DNA of 64,000 nucleotides, from the NCBI GenBank assembly GCA_965153355.1, contig OZ231126.1, positions 29,698,001-29,762,000 of the forward strand, given 5' to 3'. The DNA is from Flaccisagitta enflata (lineage: Eukaryota). The notes beneath the pieces were generated by a model. It saw nothing but the letters and a program-made list of their open reading frames with translations, had not been told where the DNA came from and did not search any database. The number at the start of each line of letters is the position of its first letter. Position 1 is the stretch's first letter. Both the position numbers and the translations under genes were made by a program. Below are positions 39,301 to 50,623 of the stretch, piece by piece.

Positions 39301-40036
39301 AAATAATGAATATTTTAGGGAAAGGGTGTTGTTAGAGCTGTCTTCTGGCATTGATCGGGACCATCAACTCAGCCCAATTTTGGTTAGAGTTGACCTAATT
39401 GATAAAAGAGAACCAAGGTGTCCATATCCCTAGTTGAGCCCCTTTATCCTAATTAGGGGGGGTGGGATTTAGGAGTATTTATACTATATATTTGGTTAAG
39501 GTAATGATTTTAAGTGATTAAAGGGAAAATGGCCTTCATCCTCAAAGAAGATATATCATGAAGGGTAAAAAAGTTTTAGTACATGTCCAAAAATTTTCTA
39601 TCAAACCATACAGCTTCTGGTCATCAGTTGGAGTCCTGTACCTTAAAGGGTTTCGACCCATATATATATACATATATACATACAAAAGTATCCACATACA
39701 TATATATACACCTCCAAGACCCAAGTACAGGCGGGTCGCACTTCAACAAAAGTGCCCTCCACTGTTTGGTTTGAAGAGATCAAGAAAATCTTCAGGAATC
39801 GGCCATGGGATTGAAAATCATGTGTATCATGTGCCGCTTGAAATAAATGAAATAACATGTTGAAATTTTTATGTCGTTCATTATTGAACATCGGCGGCTG
39901 ATTTTCATTTGTTTTCTGGCTCTTGGTAATTAAAATCGTCATACATATGTACTCAAGAAAGCGATTAAATGAGGGAGATTTCCATTCGAGTGCAAAACTG
40001 CAGATTTTACCCTTGCAACTCTCTTTCTTTCTTCTT

Positions 40037-40077
<41 letters not shown>

Positions 40078-40165
40078 ATATATATATATTATTCTCTATG
40101 TATATCTATATATATATATTTATATTATCTCTCTCATCTCTCTCTCTTTCTGTTTCTCTTATCTC

Positions 40166-40216
<51 letters not shown>

Positions 40217-40734
40217 TCTCTCTTCTCTCTCTCTTCTATCTCTTTCTCTCTCTCTCTAAAATATCTCTCTCTCGCTCTATCGTCTCTATATATATATATA
40301 TATATAACAATATATATATATCTTATTATATCTTTATTATATCAAACGCTCTTCTATTATAAATAACTATATATTATACATATATATATATATATAAACT
40401 TATCTATATCTTATATATCTCGCTCTTTCTCTTCTGTCTTTCTCTATTCTTTATTATCTATCTCTTCGCTTTCGCTCTATCGCTATATATATATATATAT
40501 ATTTTCTCGCTCTATTCTCTCTCTTATATATATAAATATATAAATAACTCTATAATTATTATATCTATATTATATATATTATATATATATATCTCTCTTT
40601 CTCTTATTCATCTCTCTCTCTCTCTCTCTCTATATTCTCTCGCTCTTCTATATATGCTTATATATTTATATATAACATCGTTAACTTTTATTAGCATATA
40701 TATAACTTATATATTATTATAACATATATATCCT

Positions 40735-40767
<33 letters not shown>

Positions 40768-40912
40768 ATATCTATCTCTCTATTTATATCTATCTCTATT
40801 ATCTCTCTTATTCTCTCTATTTCTCTCTTTCTCTTATCTCACTCTCTATTATCTCTCTCTATATATCTCTTTCTATTATATCTATCTCTTTCTTTCTCTC
40901 TTCTCTTTCTTT

Positions 40913-41005
<93 letters not shown>

Positions 41006-42094
41006 GTCTTGTTTCGATTTCTGTCAGTGTCGACGACTGTCTGTCTAACCTTTGTTTTTCAGTCAATCCTTTTTCTGTCAATATTCTTTCTGTCAATCCT
41101 TTTTCTGTCTTCACCGAATCTCTCCTCTTGTCTGTCTTTCCTTTCTTTGTCAAATTGAATCTCTCCCTCTCTCCTCGAATGACGTCAAACTTGCGTCAGA
41201 GAGGAAATTGACGTCAGGATTGTGGAGTTGCAATCCCATGATTACGCGCGTTTGCACGTGCCTAATAGACGAACAAACAATCTCTCCCGTTTTACCTTAA
41301 TGAAGAAAATTTTTTATCTTTATGAGCCAGTGTTTGCGTCCGAGAAATTCCAATTCTAAATTCTCGCGAGTTACACAAGTCGTTTAAATTCGCCGACTCG
41401 CGACGCGTTTTAAGGCTTTGGCCGTCTGTTCCTTTTCTTCTAATTTTCTTCCCATAGCTCACTCCTCTTCTCTAATATCTACCAAATGGATTGTCATTCT
41501 GCCCCATCCCCGCCCCCTATCCTTTCATTACCTTTTCCACAGGATTTCACGAAAGCGTTTATCCTGGCGCTGGACTTGAATCGGCCTCGCGACTTGCTAA
41601 AGATCTCCAACTCTCTCCTGTCCCTTCCCGATTGGCGCCCGCGTCTCGAGTCTATTCTCAAGCGTCTCCGCGTCGAGGATCAAGTCGAGGCGCTGCTGTC
41701 TCACGTCAAGACGTGGAACGCCAACGGAAGAACGTGTAACGTGGCGCAGACGCTTTTGGAGCTTCTGTTGCGCGTGCGCGACGTGGACGAACTGACAAAA
41801 GACGTGCCTAATATTGTCGGAATCGTGGAAAGTCTGACGCCGTTTACGCAGAGACATTACGACCGACTGCAGTTGTTGACGCAGCAAGCGACGTTTTTAG
41901 ACTATCTTTGGAACTCTATGAGACTAGAAGCCACGACGGAAGAAGATAATGGTGACAATGAGAACGAGAATGATTTTGATAACGTGATCGAACGGACTAA
42001 AGCTGAGGATTCTAAGATGGAAGAGGACGGTGGTGACGCTGATAGGGACTCGGATAGCGGAGTTATGGAGGAAGATAGCGAAACGGAAACATGA
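32972..42094 (+). CDS. TBL3: Transducin beta-like 3 / UTP13 (SSU processome WD40 protein); 12 exons: 32972-33149, 33344-33573, 34590-34762, 35462-35813, 36578-36704, 36951-37063, 37221-37428, 37776-37973, 38160-38261, 38467-38621, 38816-39043, 41543-42094
   Basis: Motifs IEPFYLGGSV, FDSTSTLLASGGADG, AHAKDINSISLSPNDKFIATASQDKTAKLW, GHRRGVWCVDFSPVDQIL, and a Utp13 C-terminal domain (WNANGRTCNVAQ, PFTQRHYDRL). Confidence 0.95.
33607..34384. mobile_element. Tc1/mariner-like MITE in TBL3 intron 2
   Basis: TA|CAGGGTGTTTCAAGTGAGTTGCAACAT...ATGTTGCAACTCACTTGAAACACCCTG|TA. Confidence 0.92.
34874..35120 (+). mobile_element. Short Helentron/DINE-1-like repeat, representative copy. Relatives at about 5504-5761, 8260-8492, 11585-11784(-), 11930-12444(-), 16679-16866, 23489-24071, 25885-26433, 27842-28030(-), 45961-46113(-), 46745-46842(-)
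   Basis: T-run, 5' hairpin AGTTGCGGACACGCAACT, (GTCC/GTCG/GTTG)n microsatellite, and 3' CCTGCCCACCCGTCCGCAAC...CTTGTT. No TSD evident. Confidence 0.7.
35922..36337 (+). mobile_element. Second dispersed family with subterminal inverted repeats (relatives at ~47146-47710, ~49560-49697, ~63001-63800)
   Basis: GGGCAGCGGCCCC...GGGCCGATGTCCTGTAGGACAC at the left. GGACATCGGCCCTTTGGGGCCGCTGCCCTGCT...AAGCAGGGCA at the right. The interior is variable and repetitive. Confidence 0.75.
40020..41000. repeat. (CT)n/(AT)n low-complexity tract in the last TBL3 intron
   Basis: Directly visible. Confidence 0.95.
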
Positions 42095-42244
42095 TTTCAA
42101 GTCATTTATCCTTGGTTTTGAACGGCGCAATTGTGATCTTTCTTGTTATTATCTATTTGTTGAGAGGAGCGATTTTACTTGTTGTTGATCGTTGAAAGCC
42201 TTTTCCTTTTTCCAGGACCCTCAAATAAATAAGTAAATGATAAA

Positions 42245-45200
42245 ATGTCTCTGGCGGAGGAGTTGTTGGCCGATTTGGAGGATGATGACGCAGAGGTGGA
42301 GGAAGAAGAGGAGCACGACATCGCTGGCGAGAATGTCCTAGATACCATCAAGGAGGAGGATGAGGAAGAGGACGATGACATGGACGTCCACGACGGCGGT
42401 GGTGGTAGCAACAATGTAAGCGACGGTACGAAAGTAAAACAGGAAAAACCCTCTTCTACTTCCTCCATCGGCGACACTCGCGGAAAATCCATCCACGCCG
42501 TAGCCAAACTTAGCGGCTGCAAACGGTTCGTCGACACGATGACCGAATTGAGAGACTTTGTTCAAAAGCGGGTGACGTCTTTCATCTGCGGTCCGGCGGA
42601 GGCCGATCCCGAGTACCAACTCATCGTCCGCGCCAACAATCTAGCCGCCGAAATCGACCACGAGATGGCCACCGTCCACAAATTCGCCACTGACAATTAT
42701 TCCAAACGATTTCCGGAACTCGAATCTCTCGTACCCAATCCTTACGATTATATCAGGACGATCAAAGCTTTGGGCAATCAAGTGCAGAAGGCCAAAAGCA
42801 ACGAAGTCCTGGCGGAGATCCTGAAACCCGCGACGATTATGGTGGTGAGTGTGACGGCGTCGACGACGCAAGGCACGGATCTATCGCCGGACGAGTTGCA
42901 ACGGGTTTTGGAGGCCGTCGACATGGGGTTGGAACTGGTCGTCGCCAAGGAAGAGATCCTCCGTTACGTCGAGAGTCGTATGGGCGTGTTCGCGCCCAAT
43001 TTGACCATCATTTTGGGCGCCCCGACGGCGGCCAAGTTGATGGGCGTAGCCGGTGGATTGACTAACTTAGCGAAGATTCCCGCTTGTAACGTTCAGTTGC
43101 TCGGGTCCCAGAAACGTGGCGGCGCCTCGTCCGGATACAGCAACGTCTCTACGCTGCCGCACACCGGATACATCTTCCACAGCCCCGTCGTTCAGGCCGC
43201 GCCGTCGGTGAGTTGGGTGTGGTTAGACTTGAACATCACTCGTTACAGTAGTACATGCGGCCTTTCTTTTTGATTTTCTTTCTTTCTGTCTGTCTGTCTC
43301 TTTCTTTCTGCCTGCCTTTCTTTCTTTCTTTTTCTTACTTCTTCCTTCTTTGTTTTTTTTTTCTTTCTTTCTTTCTTTCTTTTCCTTTCTTCCTTTTTCT
43401 TTCCTTCTTTCTTTTTTCTTTCTTTCTTTCTATCTTTCTTTTTCTTTCTCTTTCTGTCTCTTTATCTTTCCTACTCTTTCTTACTCTTTTTCTCTTTCTT
43501 TCTCATTCTATCTCTCTTTTTTTCTCTCTTTCAGTCTTTCTCCCTTTTCTTTACGTAGTGGCGTTCCTGTTCCTCCTTTTCTTGGCCTTTCGTTTTCCGT
43601 AAATGCCTTTCTCAACAGAGTCAATAATTGTTCGAACTGGAACGAGTCCAAGCATCTCTAGAAGATGGTTAATCAAGCATATTGGGCCGTCGTGTTGTGA
43701 TGATTGAATGTTTTCGGTCGGTCTGTTGATCAAAACCAAACTTTTTAGCGTTTCAAGTAGCGATTTTCGCTCTATTGCCGCTGCCCACCCGCACGTGAAT
43801 GAGGTTTCCGTGTGTCTGGCCTTTTCATATTTCATTGTCATAACCGCAGTAATATGATACAGTTATGAAATCCTGACCGACCGACTGACAGACAAAAGTT
43901 TTGTAGTCACACCTCTTGCCTTTTAAGGGAGATGCTGATGGGCGATGAAAAGATTAGTTGGTGGGGTAGACGAGACCTTCTCCCTCTTTGCAGTTTTGTA
44001 TCAGAAGACATTCAGAAGTATCTAGTAACGTTTGTCTGTTTTGCAACTTGAGTTGCGCAATCTGTTTTATTGTTAGACTGTTGCCCCCATGACGTCACGC
44101 CTATCGCAAACGAAAATTCGGATATAACTATTTTATGATTAGAAACGTGATGCAATCGATTCCAGAATGAATAAACTCCGGCTTGCTTACCTCATCGTTG
44201 ATTACAGTCAATGACGCAAACGGTGGACCCGGAGGAAGAAATCAGGAATTCAGGGCATTCTATGGCTGTTTTCTATTCTTGCCTTCTCTTATCGAGCTTC
44301 GCTTTTGACGAATCGACTGACGTCAAGCGATGTTTCCAATTGCCATCTGAGGTCCAAATTTCGATGGGGTTGCGTCATTCAGACGGTTTGGTAGTTGAAT
44401 GATGGTTATGTAACTTAATCTTATGGCTATGATGTAAGAGCCCTGAGTTAGGAGACGAAAGGGGAGCAAGAACCTCTGCGACAACTTAAGTCTCGCTTCG
44501 CTTGTCTTTTTTCTCAGGATCTCCGCTTTAAAGTTCAGAAGCTTGTCGCGGCCAAGGCGACTTTGGCTGCCCGCGCTGACAGCCTCCATTCGGCGTCTGA
44601 TGGAAGCATCGGCGACAAGTTCCGCGCCGAACTCGAGGCCAAAATTGACAAGCTCATGGAACCGCCGCCCGTCAAAACCGTCAAAGCGCTTCCTCTGCCA
44701 CTCGAAGGACAACGGAAGAAGAGAGGAGGCAGAAGGTTTGTCTTCATTTTCATCTCCTCTTCTATCCTCCCTTTACAGATCTCCCTTCGTTCGCCTTTCT
44801 TTGCATTCTTCGTTTTCATCTCTCCCATCATTCCTATTCATCTTCTTATCCCTCCCTTTTCTTTTCCCTTCAGCTCCACCCTCGTAGCCTTTTTATCTCT
44901 GCATTTCTTTTTTCATCTTTTATATGAATCCTCTCCTCTCACACTCACCTCTTTGTGTCCTTTATTTTCATCCTATTTTTCCTCGCATCCTTTCTTTTCG
45001 GTCTTTTCTGCCCCTCATCTCTTCCCGTTACACCCCCCTCCTCTCATACTTCCAAGTTCCAACTTGTCTCTCCTTAACTCTTTTCTTTTCATCTTTTCCT
45101 CCTCCTCACATCACTCTCTTTATCATTTCCCCCTCAATGCACCATTTCTTTTCCTCTTCTCTTTTCCTATCAGTTTTTTTCTGTCTTCGGTTGTTAACCT

Positions 45201-48179
45201 TTTGGCCATCAATTTGGCAGCTGTCTCTCTTTTTTGCTTGCGTTTGGCACCTGCTTTTTCCAATCAATAGGGAAACAAAGCCTGATGCAGGATAAATTCT
45301 GTTGCATTTCGATAGGCTGTGTTTCTCACAAAAACACGCACGCTGTCATACGCACACTTCCTCAAAATGACCTCCTTTAAAAAACAGAGCACCCACAAAA
45401 ACACCCTTCCCCCTCCCCCACGGCCTACAGACACTTATCTACCAAAATTTGAGGTACCACATAAACACCAATCACCATACGCTTGCCCCACACATTATAC
45501 AAACAGAAAATAAAGGCATATTTGCAGGCCTGTATATTGTTCCGTATTCCCGGTGGGGGGGGGGGAAATAATCAAAGGGTTTGAAGAAAGGGAAGGAAAA
45601 GGAAGGAGGAAAAAAGAGAAAAAAAAGAAAAATTGGGGAAAATATAATTTTTGGCAATGGAAAATCATAAAACATGATGAGTAACATATAATTTAACACT
45701 ATTTAAACCTTAAACACCCAGTTTTAGTGGTTTATGGGGAAGAAAAACATTGATTTGGTAATGCGACGCGATGCGTCGCGGGGAAGAAAATCAAAGGCAG
45801 GGGGGGGGGGAAATAATCAAAGGTTATGGAATTATATACATGCAATTTTGTCTAACCGAGTGAGCTGCTGACACACCGAAACGTAGTTTGAAGAAATCGC
45901 TCGTTTACGACTAGAAAGCGTTCTTTATTATTCTTTTATGCGACCCGGAACTGCGCAGAAACAAGGCCGTATATACGGCAGCATTAGTCGCGGATGGGTG
46001 GGCAGGAGTGGAAAACCTCGAAAAGTGACTTTGTGACCGACGCGACGGACGGACGGACGGACGGACGGACGGACCGAAAAGGGGCTTATAGAGTCGCGTG
46101 TCCGCGACTAAAAACGATTGTCGTGAAATGTTGATTCTTGTTTCTTTTCCTCTCTTTGCATTGTTTGCTGAGTCATTCTCTCAGATTGAGTCGAACGAAA
46201 GTTCAAAAATCTCCTTTGCTTTGCACCGACTGCGTTGATTTAGTTTGATCTTTGATAAATCGAAGCCAAGCCGTTTTAAACGCTCGTATGTAAAGTCATT
46301 GCCTGGTTGTTTCGATTTATCGTTCGTTGCTGCCTTTTGCTCACTTTGTAATTTGCAACGTTCGACAACACCGTCGGTATGTTGAAGTGTGTCTGTATGT
46401 TGAAATCTTCGACATTGCTAGTTACTATACGATGCCATCTCTTTGACTCTAACCAGCAACCTGTTAAGTGTTAACCCTCTACAGATCAAAGCGTAATTGA
46501 ATGCGAGGCCCCAATGAAAACTGTAGCAGCCCCCCCAAGAGCCTAGTATACTAAAGGCCTCAAGCTGGGAATTGGGCCTCGAGGCTGGGATTTGGGCATT
46601 GAGGCCGGGATTTGGACATTGAGGCTGGGATTTGGGCCTTGCTGGGATTTGGGCCTCAAGGCTGGGATTTGGTCTTGAAGGGGAATGGGGGGGGGGTACA
46701 GAGAAGGAGGAGGAGGAGGAGGAAAAATTTCTCCTGAGTGAAAGTATGTCATCGGCCCCTTCGGGACCGACCGACCAACCGACCGACTGACCGACCAACG
46801 GACCGACATAGTGGGGTGGAGTTGCGTAGCACGCAACTTAAAATTGCCTTTTTGTCCGCGACGGAATACCGCGACGGAATACCAATTTGATACTTTGAAG
46901 TGCTAGAACTTGAGCTAGGGAACAAAATTTTAAAAAAACCCTCTGATGGCGCCATTTGTATTCTCATAAGCTTTCAAATGATACCTCAATCATAACCCTA
47001 GCTTCAACATACCGGGCTCTAGAGGGGCTGCTACAGTTATCTTTCCTGAAAGTGGGGGCCTCTCGTTCAAATACGCTCTAATCTATACTCTCCCTTCCGA
47101 GTCGGAAGTTTTGACATCCTCCTTCCACCTCTGCCTATTCGACTCTTTTTGGGCAGCGGCCCCAAAGGGCCAATGTCCTGGGCCAATGTCCTGTAGGACA
47201 CGGGGGATTTTCGAGACGTCAGTCCGTCTATCCGTCCGTCCTTCCGTCCCCCCTTGGTCATCGGAGCTTCAAGTCTGCAGTCTCAGGCCTGATTTTGGCC
47301 CTCTGAGCCCTCAAATTAGTCCTTTCAGACCTCAATTTAGCTCTTGAGAGCTCAAATCAGCTCTCCAGACCTCATATCTGCCCTCAAGACCTCAAATCAG
47401 CCCTCCAGACCTCAAATCCACCCTCCCGGCCTCAAATCAACTCATCAGGCCTTGAATTTGTCCTCCAGGCCTCAAGCCTGCCCCCCAAACCTCAAATCTG
47501 CTCTTCTGGACTAAATTCTGCCATCCCGATTTCAAATCTGCCTCAGGATGTCTCGAAATTCACCCGTGTCCTGCAGGACACGGGACCCGTGTCCTACAGG
47601 ACATCGGCCCTTTGGGGCCGCTGCCCTGCTCTCACTCCACTTCTTCACTTGATCACTCCAAGTAGGGCATCGGGCACCGCTGACCATGTGCGATCCTTGG
47701 ATGACTAGTTAAACCCTACCATCCTCTCTCTTTTTCGCTTTCAGGTACCGAAAAATGAAGGAGCGATTGGGAATGACTGAGATTCGCAAACAAGCGAATC
47801 GTTTGAACTTTGGCGAGATCGAGGCCGACGCTTATCAAGATGATTTGGGCTTCTCTATGGGAACGTTGAAAAAGGGTGGCAAAGGATCGGGTGGAATTCG
47901 CGCCGCGCAAGTCAACAAAGCCACCAACGCCAGAATGTCGCAAAAATTACAGAAGCATTTGGCCAAACAACAACAGGTGTGCTTTCAATCGATATTCTAT
48001 GCAAGTTTCTGCGTGTGTCGTTTGCTCCTTAGAATATGACGCTTTTGGATTGCTTTCCCATGACGCAGTGATAGACAGAGATCTCTTTTGAAGTTGAAGG
48101 TTTGCGATCAGAGGCTCTTATTAGTTGTGATACACTGATAATCCACTCTCACTAAAATGTTTTTAGATCATTGACAAGC

Positions 48180-48268
<89 letters not shown>

Positions 48269-49694
48269 TTCTCTCCTTTCTCTCTTTTCTCTCTCCTTTC
48301 CTCTCTCTCTCCTTTCTCTCTTTCTCTCTTTTCTCACCTTTCTCTCTTTTCTCTCTTTTCTCTCTTTTCTCTCCTTTCTCTCCTTTCTCTCCTCTCCTTT
48401 TTTCTTTCTCTCCTCTCCTTTCTCTCCTTTCTCTCCTTTCTCTCCTTTCTCTCCTTTCTCTCCTTTCTCTCCTTTCTCTCCTTTCTCTCCTTTCTCTCCT
48501 TTCTCTCCTTTCTCTCCTTTCTCTCCTTTCTCTCCTTTCTCTCCTTTCTCTCCTTTCTCTCCTTTCTCTCCTTTCTCTCCTTTCTCTCCTTTCTCTCCTT
48601 TCTCTCCTTTCTCTCCTTTCTCTCCTTTCTCTCCTTTCTCTCCTTTCTCTCTTTCTCTCCTTTCTCTCCTTTCTCTCCTTTCTCTCCTTTCTCTCCTTTC
48701 TCTCTTTTCTCTCTTTTCTCTCCTTTCTCTCCTTTCTCTCTTTTCTCTCTTTTCTCTCCTTTCTCTCCTTTCTCTCCTTTCTCTCCTTTCTCTCCTTTCT
48801 CTCCTTTCTCTCCTTTCTCTCCTTTCTCTCCTTTCTCTCCTTTCTCTCCTTTCTCTCCTTTCTCTCCTTTCTCTCCTTTCTCTCCTTTCTCTCCTTTCTC
48901 TCCTTTCTCTCCTTTCTCTCCTTTCTCTCTTTTCTCTCCTCTCTCTCCTTTCTCTCCTTTCTCTCCTTTCTCTCTTTTCTCTCTTCTCTCTCCCTCTTTC
49001 TCTGTCCGTCTGTCCCTCTCTTCGTCTCCGTCTCTTCCTTTCCCCTTCTCAGGGCTTTGTCTTCAAATCCAAGCAAAATGGCAAATCCAAGCAAAATGGC
49101 AAAATCCAAGCAAAATGGCTAAATTCTGGCTAGAAAACCTGAATTTTGGTCAAAATTCAATCATTTTGGCCCCTAAGATCTAGATCCTGGTTTCTTATAC
49201 CCAGATTCTGGCCTCTAAAACCCTAATCCTAGCCTCAGAGATCTAGATCTTGCTCTCTGTGACCCAGATTCTGGCCTCCAGGACCCAGGACCTGGCCTCA
49301 AGGCCCTAAATCCTGGCCTCAGAGACCCAAATCCTGGCCTCAGAGACTCCAACCCTGGCCTCTGAGACCCAGATTCTGGCCTCAGAGACCTAGATCCTGG
49401 CCTGCTCCCCCCCTCTACTTAACCTACAAACTTCTCAAGAAGAGCAGGGGTACCCTTGTCCATATACTGCCTTTTGTCATTTCTCCATGTTATTCAATGA
49501 GAGTTTGAATAACAGGGCTTCCTAGACAGAAGGCTGGCTGAGAGAAGGACGGACGGACGGATGGACGGACGGACAGATTCCCCCTGTGTTCTACAGGACT
49601 TCGTCCCCTTCGGGGCCGCTGCCCTGCTCCCCCTCAACCTAAATCACATACTACTCAAGCAGGGCACGGGTACCGCTGACCACTTACTGCCTTT

Positions 49695-49764
<70 letters not shown>

Positions 49765-49981
49765 GCTCTCTCTCCCACCCTTCCCCCGCCAACAGACTAC
49801 CTTTGGCGGTACAACGACGATTAAGAAGACTATTTCCGGAACTGCTTCATCGGTGGCGTTCACGCCGCTTCAAGGACTGGAGATCGTGAACCCGGGCGCG
49901 GCTGAAAAGAAATCAGCCGACGACAACAAATACTTTTCTCAAACCTCGGGATTCCAGAGCATCAGACCTAAAACTACGTGA
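42245..49981 (+). CDS. PRPF31: U4/U6 snRNP protein Prp31; exons 42245-43207, 44518-44735, 47745-47976, 49796-49981
   Basis: Motifs MSLAEELLADLE, EADPEYQLIVRANN, YSKRFPELESLV, GVAGGLTNLAKIPACN, RKKRGGRRYRKMKERLGMTEIRKQANR and SGTASSVAFTPLQGLEIVNP. Confidence 0.97.
48183..48995. repeat. (CT)n followed by an 11-bp polypyrimidine minisatellite
   Basis: (TCTCCTTTC)-type units giving ~800 bp of pure pyrimidine on the + strand. The unit length varies along the tract. Confidence 0.9.
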
Positions 49982-50623
49982 TCCATTTCCACGTGATATG
50001 ATGAAGCGTGTGATCTCTTTTTTGAGCTTCATTATTCTCACAAATTTCATTCCTTCTTTTTATTTCTTCCCTCCTTCCTGCCTACCTTCTTTTCCGCTTA
50101 CGTCTCCGCTTACCTTTCTATTTGTCTACTTCCTTTCTGCCAATCTTCCGGATCATCTTCCTTTTCTGCGTCCCTCCTCCCTCAACTTCCTCCATGCTCT
50201 CCCTCATCATGACCCCTTATCGCTTTCATTCTCATCTTTGTTATTCACGAAAATATATCGTGTATTTGTTATTGTTATTCCGTGAAGATATTTGTCTGAA
50301 CCCCATGATTCGCAGTCAAGTGGCCATGTTAGCTCTCGAGTCGAGACTAACGGCAAATGGCCCCAACTTGCATCATCGTCATCGAGCGTTCCTCCCTCTC
50401 TCCTCCCCTGTCCTTGTAGGTTATTTCATCGCAGTTATCACAGCTAAGTAGTCAGATCTCTCCCTTTGCCTCCTTCGTGGCAGAGCCCACCGGTTTCGTT
50501 TCATTTCGAGTACCAAACACGCAATACAGAGTAAGTAGCCAACATCGCGAAGTTAAAAGAGAAAAATTTAAAAGGAAATCTATCAATAAAAGTAAAACCG
50601 TAAAAGAAAAAAAAAAAGAAAAA

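Noticed and set aside
48168-49133. 313-aa and 320-aa ERK/SPF-rich ORFs
   Set aside because: Polypyrimidine repeat in PRPF31 intron 3.
50477-50623. GTG-initiated N-terminal extension of the RRM protein
   Set aside because: The ORF track uses prokaryotic starts. The A-rich leader resembles neighbouring 5'UTRs and the first ATG is at 50624. The same applies to the TTG start at 31456.
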